A stretch of 64,000 nt of DNA from Acidobacteriota bacterium (lineage in GTDB: Bacteria > Acidobacteriota > UBA890 > WLXD01). Position numbers and translations under genes: made by a program. Position 1 is the stretch's first letter; each line of letters opens with the position of its first letter. The notes below the pieces were generated by a model. It searched no databases and was not told the DNA's origin. It saw only the letters and a program-made list of their open reading frames with translations. The stretch covers positions 512,001 to 576,000 of the forward strand of contig CAXWPL010000004.1 in NCBI GenBank assembly GCA_963666215.2, read 5' to 3'. Below, piece after piece: positions 44,207 through 53,739 of this stretch.

Positions 44207-45382
44207 CTATTTATCAGAGGCTTGGGAAGAATCGGCGAAGTCCAAGACGCGGCCTGATTCGGCTGACCTTCCCTTTCCCTTCCCCGTCAGCTTCCCGAGC
44301 GCGCTCCTCAGATCGGCCTCGTTTGCGACGGCATACCTGTCGAACACGGAGCGCGTCGTGTGACCGCTGATCTTCATTGCGACCGTGTCGGGCACCCCGG
44401 CCCTGACCATGTTGCGGATCGCCGTCCGGCGAAAGTCATGCAGCAGCTTGCCCGGGCAGCCCGCAGCTTTGCAAGCCGACTTCCACGCCTTGCGGAAGCC
44501 CTTGATCTCGGCCCCGTCGCGGTGAAAGACATGAGGGCAGAGCACGCCCTCGGCGGCCAGGCGCCGGTGCTCCTCCCATTGCCGCTCGATGACGTCGACG
44601 AGCTCGGGCAATAGATCGTAGGGCAGGTTGCGACCCTCTTTGTTCTTGGTGGTGCCAGGCTCGAGGCGGATCGTCCGGGACCGACGATCTACCTGTCCCC
44701 AGGTCAGCGGAAGGACCTCCGACGGAATCCTCCATCCCGTGAAATACGCAAAGGTGATGATGGACTGTAGCGGCGCCGGCAGATGCTCCTGCACGGCCTC
44801 GAATTCCTCCCGCTCGAAGAAGCCGGTGCGGACATTGTCCTCTTTCAACATCGGGATGTGCGGCACGTGCAGGAGTGTGCCGGCCTGTAGGGCGAGCGTG
44901 AAGGCTCTCTTGAGCGCAGCGAGCTCACGGTTGATCGTTGCTGCTGCGGCGCCGGGCTTCTCGGTTCCGTCTTCGAGCCTGATCGGTGCTTGGCGGCTGG
45001 CGACGTACCTACGAACGTCCGCGGTCGCAATGGACGCCATCCGTCGACCGCCGAAGAACGGTTTCAGGTGGAGCCGAATCCGGGTTTCGACGTCACCGAG
45101 CGACCGCTTGCCGTTGACCCGGTAGTCGGTGATGACGTCGGCCGCGGCTTCGTCGAATCGAAGCCGACCGACCTTTGCGGAGACGGGAACGCCCTCCGCA
45201 ACCTTGCCCTCCCGGATCTTCAACAGACGTTGAGCTTCGCCCTTTCTCGTGGTGTGGGAGCTCTCCTCGTGGCGGCGGCCGTCGCGGTAATAACGTAGCC
45301 ACCAGATGCTCGACGTTCGCCGTACCTTCTTGCCAGTCTCCGAGTCGGTGACATAGTAGTACGGTCTGCGGACTTCGCCCAT
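44207..45382 (-). CDS. int: Tyrosine recombinase / phage integrase
   Basis: TINRELAAL, TGWR (R), TTKN (K), HDFRR (HxxR), SGH, FDRY (Y); ends 15 bp from the tRNA 5' end. Confidence 0.95.
   Translation of the reverse strand: MGEVRRPYYYVTDSETGKKVRRTSSIWWLRYYRDGRRHEESSHTTRKGEAQRLLKIREGKVAEGVPVSAKVGRLRFDEAAADVITDYRVNGKRSLGDVETRIRLHLKPFFGGRRMASIATADVRRYVASRQAPIRLEDGTEKPGAAAATINRELAALKRAFTLALQAGTLLHVPHIPMLKEDNVRTGFFEREEFEAVQEHLPAPLQSIITFAYFTGWRIPSEVLPLTWGQVDRRSRTIRLEPGTTKNKEGRNLPYDLLPELVDVIERQWEEHRRLAAEGVLCPHVFHRDGAEIKGFRKAWKSACKAAGCPGKLLHDFRRTAIRNMVRAGVPDTVAMKISGHTTRSVFDRYAVANEADLRSALGKLTGKGKGRSAESGRVLDFADSSQASDK
44212..44224 (+). promoter_or_regulatory. IHF consensus site next to the putative att
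   Basis: TATCAGAGGCTTG matches WATCARNNNNTTR. Confidence 0.5.
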
Positions 45383-45404
45383 TTACTTCCTTCCTTTCGA
45401 TTCC

Positions 45405-45983
45405 CTAACGGAGCCCAATGTTGACGATAGTGTTGATCGCGGAAAGCAGTTCTGGGTCTGCATCGAGAATCTGACCTTCACCGGCGAGACGCACAATGAT
45501 TCGCCAACGTTTCGACTTCCTGAACGCGGCAAGCTGGCCCTCCCAAAAGTCACGGTCGCCAAGATCATCTTCTGGCGAATCCGCGTCTGATCCGGCTCGC
45601 GTTCTCCTCAACCCCAGATTCGCGAGCGTGCTCTCGATCCATGCGCGTTCGGCGAGAGAAATGGAACCGCCGCGCTCGGCGAAGACTTCCTTCAAGGTAT
45701 CCGGCCAGTCGCCCAAGCTGTGATACTCGACCGTCTCGCCGAGCAGTTCGCAGAGGGAGCAATCTAGGGCGACCGCGAGGGCCTCGAGCGTTTCCACCTT
45801 CGGCGATTCTGCAGTCTTTGGGTTCTCGAGCCGGGACAACGTCGACGGCCCGACCTTCGATTTCTTTGCCAGCTTGCGAAGCGACAAGCCGTGCTCCTCG
45901 CGCGCTCTTTTCAGAGCCTTGGCAATCAGTTGAGCCCTGCTCTGCATCCGCCCTTCTGCTGAGATTTGTTTGTTGTGTGCCAT
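45405..45983 (-). CDS. XRE-family HTH repressor (CI-like); start may be 45947
   Basis: LKRAREEHGLSLRKLAKKSKVGPSTLSRLEN..PKVETLEALAVAL. Confidence 0.85.
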   Translation of the reverse strand: MAHNKQISAEGRMQSRAQLIAKALKRAREEHGLSLRKLAKKSKVGPSTLSRLENPKTAESPKVETLEALAVALDCSLCELLGETVEYHSLGDWPDTLKEVFAERGGSISLAERAWIESTLANLGLRRTRAGSDADSPEDDLGDRDFWEGQLAAFRKSKRWRIIVRLAGEGQILDADPELLSAINTIVNIGLR

Positions 45984-46106
45984 AAACAGTAGCGTCTTAC
46001 GTGCTACGAACGGTTGCACCATCGCTACGTCCGTGTATTACTAACGATAGCAGGAATCGTGCCATGTGTAAACACGGACCTGAGAGCAGAACGAGGCGCA
46101 AGGGGA

Positions 46107-46340
46107 ATGACGGCGACTGAGGCGGTAATAGTCCGAGCCCGACACCGTCTCCGCGCGACCCCGGCGACGGCCCGCGTGATGCGACAGGAAGCGGGCCTAA
46201 GCCAGCAAGACGTTGCCGACGTGCTCAGCGTAACCCGTGCCGCTGTGTCGCGATGGGAGCGGGGGTCACGACTTCCCAGCGGCCCACGAGCTGTTGACTA
46301 CATCCGTTTCTTTAAGCGCGCCTGCGGGGGCACACCATGA
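46107..46340 (+). CDS. Cro-like XRE HTH protein
   Basis: RQEAGLSQQDVADVLSVTRAAVSRWERGSRLPS; divergent from the repressor. Confidence 0.85.
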   Translation: MTATEAVIVRARHRLRATPATARVMRQEAGLSQQDVADVLSVTRAAVSRWERGSRLPSGPRAVDYIRFFKRACGGTP

Positions 46341-46531
46341 GCGCCTCGCCAAAACGCCTCCTCCGGCTTCTGACCGTCCGCGCCATTGCTTCGGCGAGCA
46401 CGATCCCGCCGTCGACGATTTATCGCTACGTGGCTTCGGGGGATCTCGTTCACTACCGGCTGGGTAAAAGCGTGCGCATCGCTGAGGAAGATTGGGACAA
46501 GTTCATCCAGGCGCGGCGCGAGGCCTCATGA
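46337..46531 (+). CDS. Excisionase-like HTH_17 protein
   Basis: LLTVRAIA..IPPSTIYRYVASGDLVHYRLGKSVRI; ATGA-coupled on both sides. Confidence 0.85.
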   Translation: MSASPKRLLRLLTVRAIASASTIPPSTIYRYVASGDLVHYRLGKSVRIAEEDWDKFIQARREAS

Positions 46532-48222
46532 CATCGACGGTCGACACCCGCTCGATGCCCGCGGACCTCGAGGCCGAGCGGGCGATTCTCGGCGCGGTGC
46601 TACTGGCGCCGAGTTCGATCGACGAGATTGCCAGAATTGTGGTCTCGGAGGTGTTCTCCTCGGATGCCAACCGCATCATCTTCGAGACGATGCTCGTCCT
46701 TCATCGGAACGGCAGTCCGATTGAACTGACCACGCTCCGCAGCGAGCTCGCGGACCGTGACGCGCTCGAGCTCGCCGGCGGCGCCGCCTACATTTCCAGC
46801 CTGATCGATGGCTTGCCGTCTGCGGTGAACGTCCAGCACTATGCCGACATCATCAAGAGCAAGGCGAGGCTGCGTACCATCGCCAATGCCGCCAACGCGG
46901 TGCTCTCCTCGGCGATGAACGGCGTCAAGGATCTCGACGATCGCCTGGCGCAGTTGGCTGTCAGTGCCTGGGCCGAGACGGAACACTCCGCCGAGTTCGA
47001 GCGTCTCGAGGAGGGTCGCTACCGCTTGACCGAGTCGCGCTTCGGAATCGGGATCGAGGCCGACCACCTGCGTCGCGAGCGCGGCCAGCTGTACGGTGAG
47101 GTGACTACCAAGTGCGCGATCGGGGGGGGGGCTCGGACTACCGGCGATGGCATTTTGTCGAGTGGCAATGTGAACCTCTCGAGCCAGCAGGTCCGCGACA
47201 CTCAAGGCAAGTACCTCGCGGCGCGTGCCCGGATAGGGACCGAACTCGACTGGACTGGGCTGCTCGAGGAGTTCTGTCATCGTGTCCTAACGGCAGAGCG
47301 TCAAGGTGACCCGGCGGTTTCGCTGCGTGACGTTCAGCTGCCCTCGACCGCTGACGAGATGGTGGTCGATATCGACGGACTTGCCGTCTTGCTGCGGCAC
47401 CCGGCCATCATCTACGGCGATGGGGGCGTGCTGAAGTCCATGCTCGTGCTCTACATCCTGGGCCGCCTGGCGCAGCGTGGTATCCGCGTTCTGTTCTGCG
47501 ATTGGGAGCTCGATGCTGCCGACCATCGCAGTCGCCTCGAGCAGCTGTTCGGTGACGCGATGCCGGACGTTGCGTACCTACGGTGTGACCGTCCTCTAGT
47601 GCAGATGGTGGACCAAGTACGTCGGACAGTGCGTGACCAGGGCATGCAGTTCGTCGCCTTCGATTCGATCGGCATGGCGTGCGACGGGCCGCCAGAAAGC
47701 GCCGAGACAGCCATGCGCTACATGCAGTCGGTACGGCGACTCGGGGAGATTGGCAGCCTGCATGTCGGACACGTCAGCAAAGGTGAGGATGCCCATCGCA
47801 AACCATTCGGCTCCGTGTACTGGCACAACACTGCGAGAGCAACATGGAACGCCAAGCTTGCTGAGGGTGGCTTTGATGAGGGGCGGGTCACGATCGGGCT
47901 GTACAACAAGAAGGCAAATCTCGGACCGAGGCAACAAGCAGTGGGATTCGAGTTCGCCTTCGGCGCAGACGGCACACAGGTTCGTCGTGTGGACCTGGCT
48001 GAAGTAGACGACCTGGCTGCGGAGCTCCCCCTACACCAGCGTCTCCGCACGTACCTGAAACACGGGGCAAGGACCCGCGACCAGATTTCGGCACACTTCG
48101 AGGACGTCAAATCCTCGACGCTTAGATCGGCGCTGCATAGGGGTACGAAGCGAGGGCAGCTCGTCCAATTCCCAGCTCCCGATGGCGACAAAATCGGCCT
48201 CTCCAAGGAGCCTCAATCATGA
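46528..48222 (+). CDS. DnaB N-terminal domain fused to a RepA/AAA_25-like ATPase-helicase with a C-terminal HTH-like tail
   Basis: PADLEAERAILGAVLL...AGGAAYISSL..PSAVNVQHYADII; IYGDGGVLKS, LFCDWE, VAFDS, HVSK, PFGS. Confidence 0.75.
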   Translation: MTSTVDTRSMPADLEAERAILGAVLLAPSSIDEIARIVVSEVFSSDANRIIFETMLVLHRNGSPIELTTLRSELADRDALELAGGAAYISSLIDGLPSAVNVQHYADIIKSKARLRTIANAANAVLSSAMNGVKDLDDRLAQLAVSAWAETEHSAEFERLEEGRYRLTESRFGIGIEADHLRRERGQLYGEVTTKCAIGGGARTTGDGILSSGNVNLSSQQVRDTQGKYLAARARIGTELDWTGLLEEFCHRVLTAERQGDPAVSLRDVQLPSTADEMVVDIDGLAVLLRHPAIIYGDGGVLKSMLVLYILGRLAQRGIRVLFCDWELDAADHRSRLEQLFGDAMPDVAYLRCDRPLVQMVDQVRRTVRDQGMQFVAFDSIGMACDGPPESAETAMRYMQSVRRLGEIGSLHVGHVSKGEDAHRKPFGSVYWHNTARATWNAKLAEGGFDEGRVTIGLYNKKANLGPRQQAVGFEFAFGADGTQVRRVDLAEVDDLAAELPLHQRLRTYLKHGARTRDQISAHFEDVKSSTLRSALHRGTKRGQLVQFPAPDGDKIGLSKEPQS

Positions 48223-48224
48223 GT

Positions 48225-48429
48225 GTTGCACGCTGCAACGCCCCTGCAACGCGCATGAGCGTTGCAATTGGGGACGGGGTGCAACGCTTGAGCACACGAG
48301 AGCCGAGAAGCGCCCTAGCGGCGGGGACTTTCTTGGGCGTTGCAGTTGCAACAGAAGAGCGTTGCAGCTTTTCCGTATTGCAACGCGTTTGCACACCCAC
48401 CCCCTTTAGGGGGTGGTGCAACGCGCAAC
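48225..48429. repeat. Iteron array (TGCAAC/GTTGCA, about 11 copies, both orientations); putative replication origin
   Basis: Copies at 48225, 48234, 48245, 48261, 48280, 48339, 48345, 48361, 48379, 48417; hairpin CACCCCCT-TT-AGGGGGTG. Confidence 0.75.
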
Positions 48430-48605
48430 GGGGACAGAAACCGAACAGACCCTCAAACGAGCCGAGATTCGCGTGGAGGCTTGGACTCGTCGTAAGTCCT
48501 TACGTGTCAATAATTGACAAGCGACACACGGCCTCTTTTGCTCGGATCTCACGCTCCCCGGAAAGGGAAGGTTTCGGGGAAGGTGGGAGAGAGTAGCGGC
48601 TGTAA

Positions 48606-49172
48606 ATGGTTGAGCATAAATATATTCCAGATGCCGACGCAACGGATTCACAATCCTCTGCGCCCGCTATCGAGCGTCCTAATCCACCGTCTGACACAGC
48701 CGAAACCTCCGGTCCGGAGACGGTCCGTTGCCGCAGCCGCAGCTGCGGCTGGGAGGGCGACCCTTCCGAAGCCGGCAAGGGCAGCTGCCCGAAGTGTGGA
48801 TGTTTCCTCCCGACGAACACCGTTGCGCTGATCCATGGTGGTCGGAGTCTTGCGGCACGGAGCGGGACGGCGCTCGACCCGGCTGAGTATGTCGCCATCC
48901 GCGACGCCGTGCTCGATGACCTCGGCGGCGAGGCCGAAGTGTCGACGGCCATGTACGAGCTCGTCTGCCTCTTTGCTGCCGCGTGTGTGCTGTGCAAGGT
49001 CATGTGGCGGCACATCGAAGCGACGGGCCCTCTGACCAAGGTCGGTCGCAAGCGAGCTTGCGTCGATCTCTACTTGGCCGCCAGCACACGAGCCGATCGC
49101 CTCGCGAAGCAGATCGGGACAGATCGCCGGGCCGTGAGGGCGACGCTGGCGGAGGTCATGGCCGATGAGTAG
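48606..49172 (+). CDS. Putative terminase small subunit with Zn-ribbon
   Basis: CRSRSC...CPKC then FLPTNTVALIHGGRS (NxxAxxHG motif); overlaps the terL start. Confidence 0.6.
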   Translation: MVEHKYIPDADATDSQSSAPAIERPNPPSDTAETSGPETVRCRSRSCGWEGDPSEAGKGSCPKCGCFLPTNTVALIHGGRSLAARSGTALDPAEYVAIRDAVLDDLGGEAEVSTAMYELVCLFAAACVLCKVMWRHIEATGPLTKVGRKRACVDLYLAASTRADRLAKQIGTDRRAVRATLAEVMADE

Positions 49173-50763
49173 CCGCCCGATCCTGACGCTGATGTCGAAG
49201 GTGCTCGGCAACCAGTTCGCCGGCGAGACGTGGGACGGCTGGCGTGTGCTGTTGAAAGCCATGTTCGCTCTGCCCCTCACCGACGCCGAGCTCGAGGCAT
49301 TCGAGGAGCTCACGGGCAGGTCGACGGCGCCGACCGTTCCGGCCCGCGAGGTGTGGGCGATCGCCGGTCGGCGCGGTGGCAAGAGCATCATCGCGGCGCT
49401 GGTGGCCGTGTACCTGACCACGTGCCGGACGTACAAGCTCGCTCGAGGTGAGGTAGGCACCTTCATGGTGATCGCCGCCGACCGCCGACAGGCGCGTGTC
49501 GTAGCTCGATACATCAAGGGTCTGCTCCACTCGACGCCGGTGCTCGAGCAGCTCATCGCACACGAGACGAAGACGGAGATCCAACTCGCCAACGGCCTGT
49601 CGATCGAGATCCATTCGGCAAGTTTCAGAAGCGTGCGCGGCTACACGGTTGTCGGCGCCATCCTCGACGAGATCGCGTTTTGGCCGACGGACGACGCAGC
49701 GAATCCGGACCGCGAGATCCTCGCCGCGTTGCGTCCCGCGATGGCCACCGTGCCGGGGGCGATGTTGCTATGCGTGTCGAGCCCCTACGCCCGCAAAGGC
49801 GAGCTCTACCGGGCACACCGTCATCACTACGGAGTCGACGGTGACGTGCTGGTGGTACAGGCCGAGACACGTCTGCTGAATCCAGCCGTTCCCCAGGAGA
49901 TCATCGACCGGGCTTATGAGGCGGATCCGGTTGCCGCCGCGGCCGAATACGGGGCGCAGTTCCGCAGTGACGTCTCTGAGTTCATTTCCCGCGAGGTCGT
50001 CGATGGCTGCACAGTGCCCGGGCGGCACGAGCTACCGCCCGTGCGCGGCGTGTCATATGTCGCCTTCATCGATTTCGCCGGAGGCTCCGGGCAGGACTCC
50101 GCCACGCTGGCCATCGCGCACCTTGAGAAGCGGGACGGACGCAGCGTAGCGGTACTGGACCTGGTGCGAGAGGTCCGGCCGCCGTTCTCTCCGGAGCAGG
50201 TGTGTCGCGACTTCGCCGGCGATCTGAAGCGCTACCGGGTCACCCGCGCGACAGCCGATCGCTACGCTGCCGACTTCGCGACAGAGGCGATGAGACGGCA
50301 GGGGATCGACCTCAAGGCGGCAGACAAGGCGAAGGCCGATCTGTACCGTGAGTTCTTGCCTGCGCTCAACAGTGGCGGCATCGAGCTGCTAGATCTGCCG
50401 CGACTAGCAGCCCAGCTCGGTGGCCTCGAGAGGCGTGTGGCCCGTGGTGGCCGCGACAGCATAGATCATGCTCCCGGCGGCCACGATGACGTCGCCAACG
50501 CTGTCGCCGGTGCGCTGGTTGCGATAGCGGAAGGGAAGCGCCGGCGCTGGGGCATCGTCCTGAGCGCAAGAGAGACCGCCGCGACGGGTTGCGCCGATAC
50601 GAGCTCGCTCGCCGAGCGCGCACGACAACTCGGCGTCAGTGGCAGTTGGGATGAAATGTTCCGCGCCGTGGCACGTGCCCACGGGGGCGAGCAACAGCAG
50701 GCCGGAAGCTCGGCAGAAGAAGAATTCATCCCCGGCGGACCGCAGCGCATCGGGATGCTCTGA
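49165..50763 (+). CDS. terL: Phage terminase large subunit
   Basis: Walker A GRRGGKS, Walker B ILDE, coupling motif VSSP, nuclease FIDFAGGSGQDS and HDDVANA. Confidence 0.85.
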   Translation: MSSRPILTLMSKVLGNQFAGETWDGWRVLLKAMFALPLTDAELEAFEELTGRSTAPTVPAREVWAIAGRRGGKSIIAALVAVYLTTCRTYKLARGEVGTFMVIAADRRQARVVARYIKGLLHSTPVLEQLIAHETKTEIQLANGLSIEIHSASFRSVRGYTVVGAILDEIAFWPTDDAANPDREILAALRPAMATVPGAMLLCVSSPYARKGELYRAHRHHYGVDGDVLVVQAETRLLNPAVPQEIIDRAYEADPVAAAAEYGAQFRSDVSEFISREVVDGCTVPGRHELPPVRGVSYVAFIDFAGGSGQDSATLAIAHLEKRDGRSVAVLDLVREVRPPFSPEQVCRDFAGDLKRYRVTRATADRYAADFATEAMRRQGIDLKAADKAKADLYREFLPALNSGGIELLDLPRLAAQLGGLERRVARGGRDSIDHAPGGHDDVANAVAGALVAIAEGKRRRWGIVLSARETAATGCADTSSLAERARQLGVSGSWDEMFRAVARAHGGEQQQAGSSAEEEFIPGGPQRIGML

Positions 50764-50764
50764 A

Positions 50765-51133
50765 ATGACGAAGGCGCATGCAACGCTGTCGGCCAGCATA
50801 GGCTCACCGGCGAAGAAGTCGCCGCACGTGTTGAAAGCGGCGTTGAAGGGCATTCTGTCGCGACCCACGCGCTGGCACCTGCGCCGAGTCGGCAAGTTCC
50901 CGGAGCCGATCAAGGCGACTGCCGAGCGCTCCCTGCACTGGGCCACAGACATCAACGCCTGGATGGATGACCCGCGGGAGTGGGGCGCGGAAACACGGGC
51001 GGGGGACTTCGTGAGTCGCCCTCGTCGCGGCGGATGGTTGGTAACTTGCCCGTGCTGCGGGGCGAACGAGGGGGCGGAGTTCGCGGACATTTGGGCAGGC
51101 GCAGAACTGAGCTCTTCTGCGAGGACGCAATGA
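50765..51133 (+). CDS. alpA: AlpA-like DNA-binding regulator with a Cys-containing tail
   Basis: LSRPTRWHLRRVGKFPEPIK...WATDINAWM resembles AlpA LSRSTIYR..GKFPKPIK..W..SEI..W. Confidence 0.65.
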   Translation: MTKAHATLSASIGSPAKKSPHVLKAALKGILSRPTRWHLRRVGKFPEPIKATAERSLHWATDINAWMDDPREWGAETRAGDFVSRPRRGGWLVTCPCCGANEGAEFADIWAGAELSSSARTQ

Positions 51134-53508
51134 GCTTCACGTGCGTCGACGTCGCTCGGGCCGCGGGATTGGAGAAGGGCCGTCGCGTCGGCGCGGAGAG
51201 ATTGTTCCGGTGTTGCCAGCATGACGACACTCGGCCCTCTCTGTCGATCAATGAGCGCAAGAACCGGTGGATTTGCGGGCCGTGTGAGGCTGGTGGCGGG
51301 GCCTGGAAACTGGCGGCGTTCCTTGGTGGCTTCGATCCGGACGACAAGCAGGCCGTACTCTCGTGGCTCCGCGACCACGATCTGCTTGATGGCGAGCGGG
51401 TCTCGTCGAAGTTCGTTGCCACTCACGACTACACGGACCACGCCGGTGAGCTGCTGTTCCAGGTCGTGCGCCTGCGGCCCAAGTCCTTCCGACAACGGCG
51501 TCCGGACGGCAACGGCGGGTGGGTGTGGAACGTCGACGGTGTGCGCCGCGTGTTGTACCGGCTGCCCGAGCTTGGCACGGCCACGGTCGTGCACATCACC
51601 GAGGGAGAAAAGGACGCCGACGCACTTCACGGCATCGGTCTCACGGCCACATGTAACCCCGGGGGTGCGGGGAAGTGGCGGGACGAGTACACGGAGTCCT
51701 TCACTGCCGAGCACCAGGTCGTTGTCTTGCCGGACAACGACGACGCCGGTCGCCGGCACGCCGAGACGGTGGCCGCATCACTGCACGGTCAGGTCGCGTC
51801 GGTGAAGGTGCTCCAGCTGCCGGACCTAGCTCCCAAGGGGGATGTCACGGACTTCATCAACGCGTGCAGAGACGCGGAGGAAGCTGCCGAGCGGCTTGCC
51901 ACCATAGCGAATGGGGCGGATCAATGGGAGCCGCAGGCTGCCGACGAACCGACTGTGGAGGACCGCTGCACAACCATCGAGATCCGGCCCGACCTGACTG
52001 GCGTAACCGATGAGGCCATCGACGCGATAGCCGCGCAGCCGAGCCTCGGAGTCTACGTCCGCGGCCGCCAACTCGTGCGCGTCGCGCGGGACGGGTCTCC
52101 GCCGGAGTGCTGGCTGGAGCGATGGCCCGGGTCTCCGGTGATCGTTCCCATGGCGAGCGCACAGGTACTCGACGTCCTCGACCGAGCCGCCGCGTGGGTG
52201 AAGTGCGACGGCCGCCGCAAGGAGTATGTTGCCGCGATACCGCCATCGTGGGTCGCGCAGCAGGTGGGTGCAAGGCTGGAGTGGCCGCTGCCGTACCTGG
52301 AGGCGGTTACCGAGACGCCGACCATCCGGTCTGACGGGTCGATCCTGGAGACGCCGGGGTGGGACCAGGCGTCCCGTCTCCTATACGAGCCGATCCCGGG
52401 AGCAGCGACGTGGCCGCCGGTGCCGGAGCAACCGACTGGGGAGGACGTACGCCGTGGCATCGCGATGCTGCGGGACCCATTGGAAGACTTCCCTTTCAAA
52501 GCGGAATCGGACGGTGCGGCCGCCATCGCGGTCATTCTGACTCTGTTGGCGCGGCACCTCATTCACGGGCCGGTTCCGTTGATGGCCATTCGGGCGCCGA
52601 CGCCGGCGACCGGCAAAACGCTGTTGGCCGACGTTATCGGGATCATGGGCACAGGGCGTGTCCCGCCCGTTATGACGATGACCTTCGAGTCGGAGGAGCT
52701 GCGGAAGCGGGTTACCTCCCTTGCGGTCGAGGGTGCTGCGCTAATCCTCCTCGACAATGTGTCGGGCACCCTTGGGTCCGACACCCTAGCCGCCGCGCTG
52801 ACGGCGACCGACTGGGAGGACCGCATCCTCGGGACGAACACGGTTGTCCGCGTGCCGCTGCGCGTGGTGTGGATGGTGACCGGCAACAATCTCGGCTTTC
52901 GTCGCACGCTCGGACGGCGTGTGATCCCGATCGACCTGGACGCGGGGGTGGAGCAGCCGGAGGACCGGGTCGGATTCCGCCACGCGGACCTGAGGGGGCA
53001 CGTCCGCGAGCGCCGGCCGCACCTGGTGACCGCGGCCCTGACGATCCTGCGAGCGTTTCACCTAGCAGGTCGGCCGGCGCACGGGGGACCACGCATGGGC
53101 AGCTTCGAGGCCTGGGATGACCTGATCCGATCCGCGGTCATCTGGGCCAGTTTGGCCGACCCTGCGTCCGCGGATCCGGAGCACGGACGGGGGCGAGTAC
53201 GGTCGCAAGCGGATGACGATACGGAGACGCTGCGGCTGCTGCTGCGCGCGTTGGCCGACGCCTTTCCCCACGGCGGGGGCTTTACGGCCGCGGACGTGGT
53301 GACCCGCTCGCGCAGTGACGAGGATCTAGCCGCTGCGCTGGACGTAGCGGCTGCGCCGAGACGTGGTGGGAAGCCGACCGGCCGATCGTTGGGGTACGCG
53401 TTCCGGAATGCAGTTGACCGACCGGTCAGAGGCCTCGTGCTGCGCCGGTGGATGCAAGAGCGATCTGGGGTTGTCTGGCTGGTCGAGAGCCCGGAGGAGA
53501 CGCGGTGA
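51130..53508 (+). CDS. Primase-helicase (Zn-binding + TOPRIM + C-terminal P-loop ATPase)
   Basis: CCQHDDTRPSLSI..WICGPC; EGEKDAD, VLPDND; PTPATGKT, LILLDN, VTGNN. Confidence 0.85.
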   Translation: MSFTCVDVARAAGLEKGRRVGAERLFRCCQHDDTRPSLSINERKNRWICGPCEAGGGAWKLAAFLGGFDPDDKQAVLSWLRDHDLLDGERVSSKFVATHDYTDHAGELLFQVVRLRPKSFRQRRPDGNGGWVWNVDGVRRVLYRLPELGTATVVHITEGEKDADALHGIGLTATCNPGGAGKWRDEYTESFTAEHQVVVLPDNDDAGRRHAETVAASLHGQVASVKVLQLPDLAPKGDVTDFINACRDAEEAAERLATIANGADQWEPQAADEPTVEDRCTTIEIRPDLTGVTDEAIDAIAAQPSLGVYVRGRQLVRVARDGSPPECWLERWPGSPVIVPMASAQVLDVLDRAAAWVKCDGRRKEYVAAIPPSWVAQQVGARLEWPLPYLEAVTETPTIRSDGSILETPGWDQASRLLYEPIPGAATWPPVPEQPTGEDVRRGIAMLRDPLEDFPFKAESDGAAAIAVILTLLARHLIHGPVPLMAIRAPTPATGKTLLADVIGIMGTGRVPPVMTMTFESEELRKRVTSLAVEGAALILLDNVSGTLGSDTLAAALTATDWEDRILGTNTVVRVPLRVVWMVTGNNLGFRRTLGRRVIPIDLDAGVEQPEDRVGFRHADLRGHVRERRPHLVTAALTILRAFHLAGRPAHGGPRMGSFEAWDDLIRSAVIWASLADPASADPEHGRGRVRSQADDDTETLRLLLRALADAFPHGGGFTAADVVTRSRSDEDLAAALDVAAAPRRGGKPTGRSLGYAFRNAVDRPVRGLVLRRWMQERSGVVWLVESPEETR

Positions 53509-53630
53509 TGACGTTGATCGCGGTGATGGATCCTCCGTACGCGCGGGGAAGTGGCGGCTACAGGGCGGTTTCCGGTGTGCGAATCGGGGTCCTGGGGCGG
53601 TATCCATCGCCACCATCGCCGCCATCACCA
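53501..53630. repeat. Second iteron set (GGTGATG / CCATCRCC); putative origin
   Basis: CGCGGTGATG at 53501 and 53519; inverted tandem CCATCGCCA CCATCGCCG CCATCACCA at 53604-53630. Confidence 0.6.
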
Positions 53631-53655
53631 CCGGCAGCGGCCTGCTGACGGGACA

Positions 53656-53739
53656 GGCCATGACGACGTCGCCAATGCCGTGGCCGGGGCGCTGGTAGCG
53701 GTGGCGAGGGAACGTCGACCACGCTGGGGCTTTGCCTGA
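53656..53739 (+). pseudogene. C-terminal relic of a second terminase large subunit
   Basis: GHDDVANAVAGALVAVARERRPRWG versus GHDDVANAVAGALVAIAEGKRRRWG in terL (from 50479). Confidence 0.8.

Noticed and set aside
48219-48596. 125-aa ORF coupled to the helicase stop
   Set aside because: Its sequence is dictated by the TGCAAC repeats; an origin explains it better.
44207-53739. Complete prophage
   Set aside because: No portal, capsid, tail or lysis genes are recognisable.
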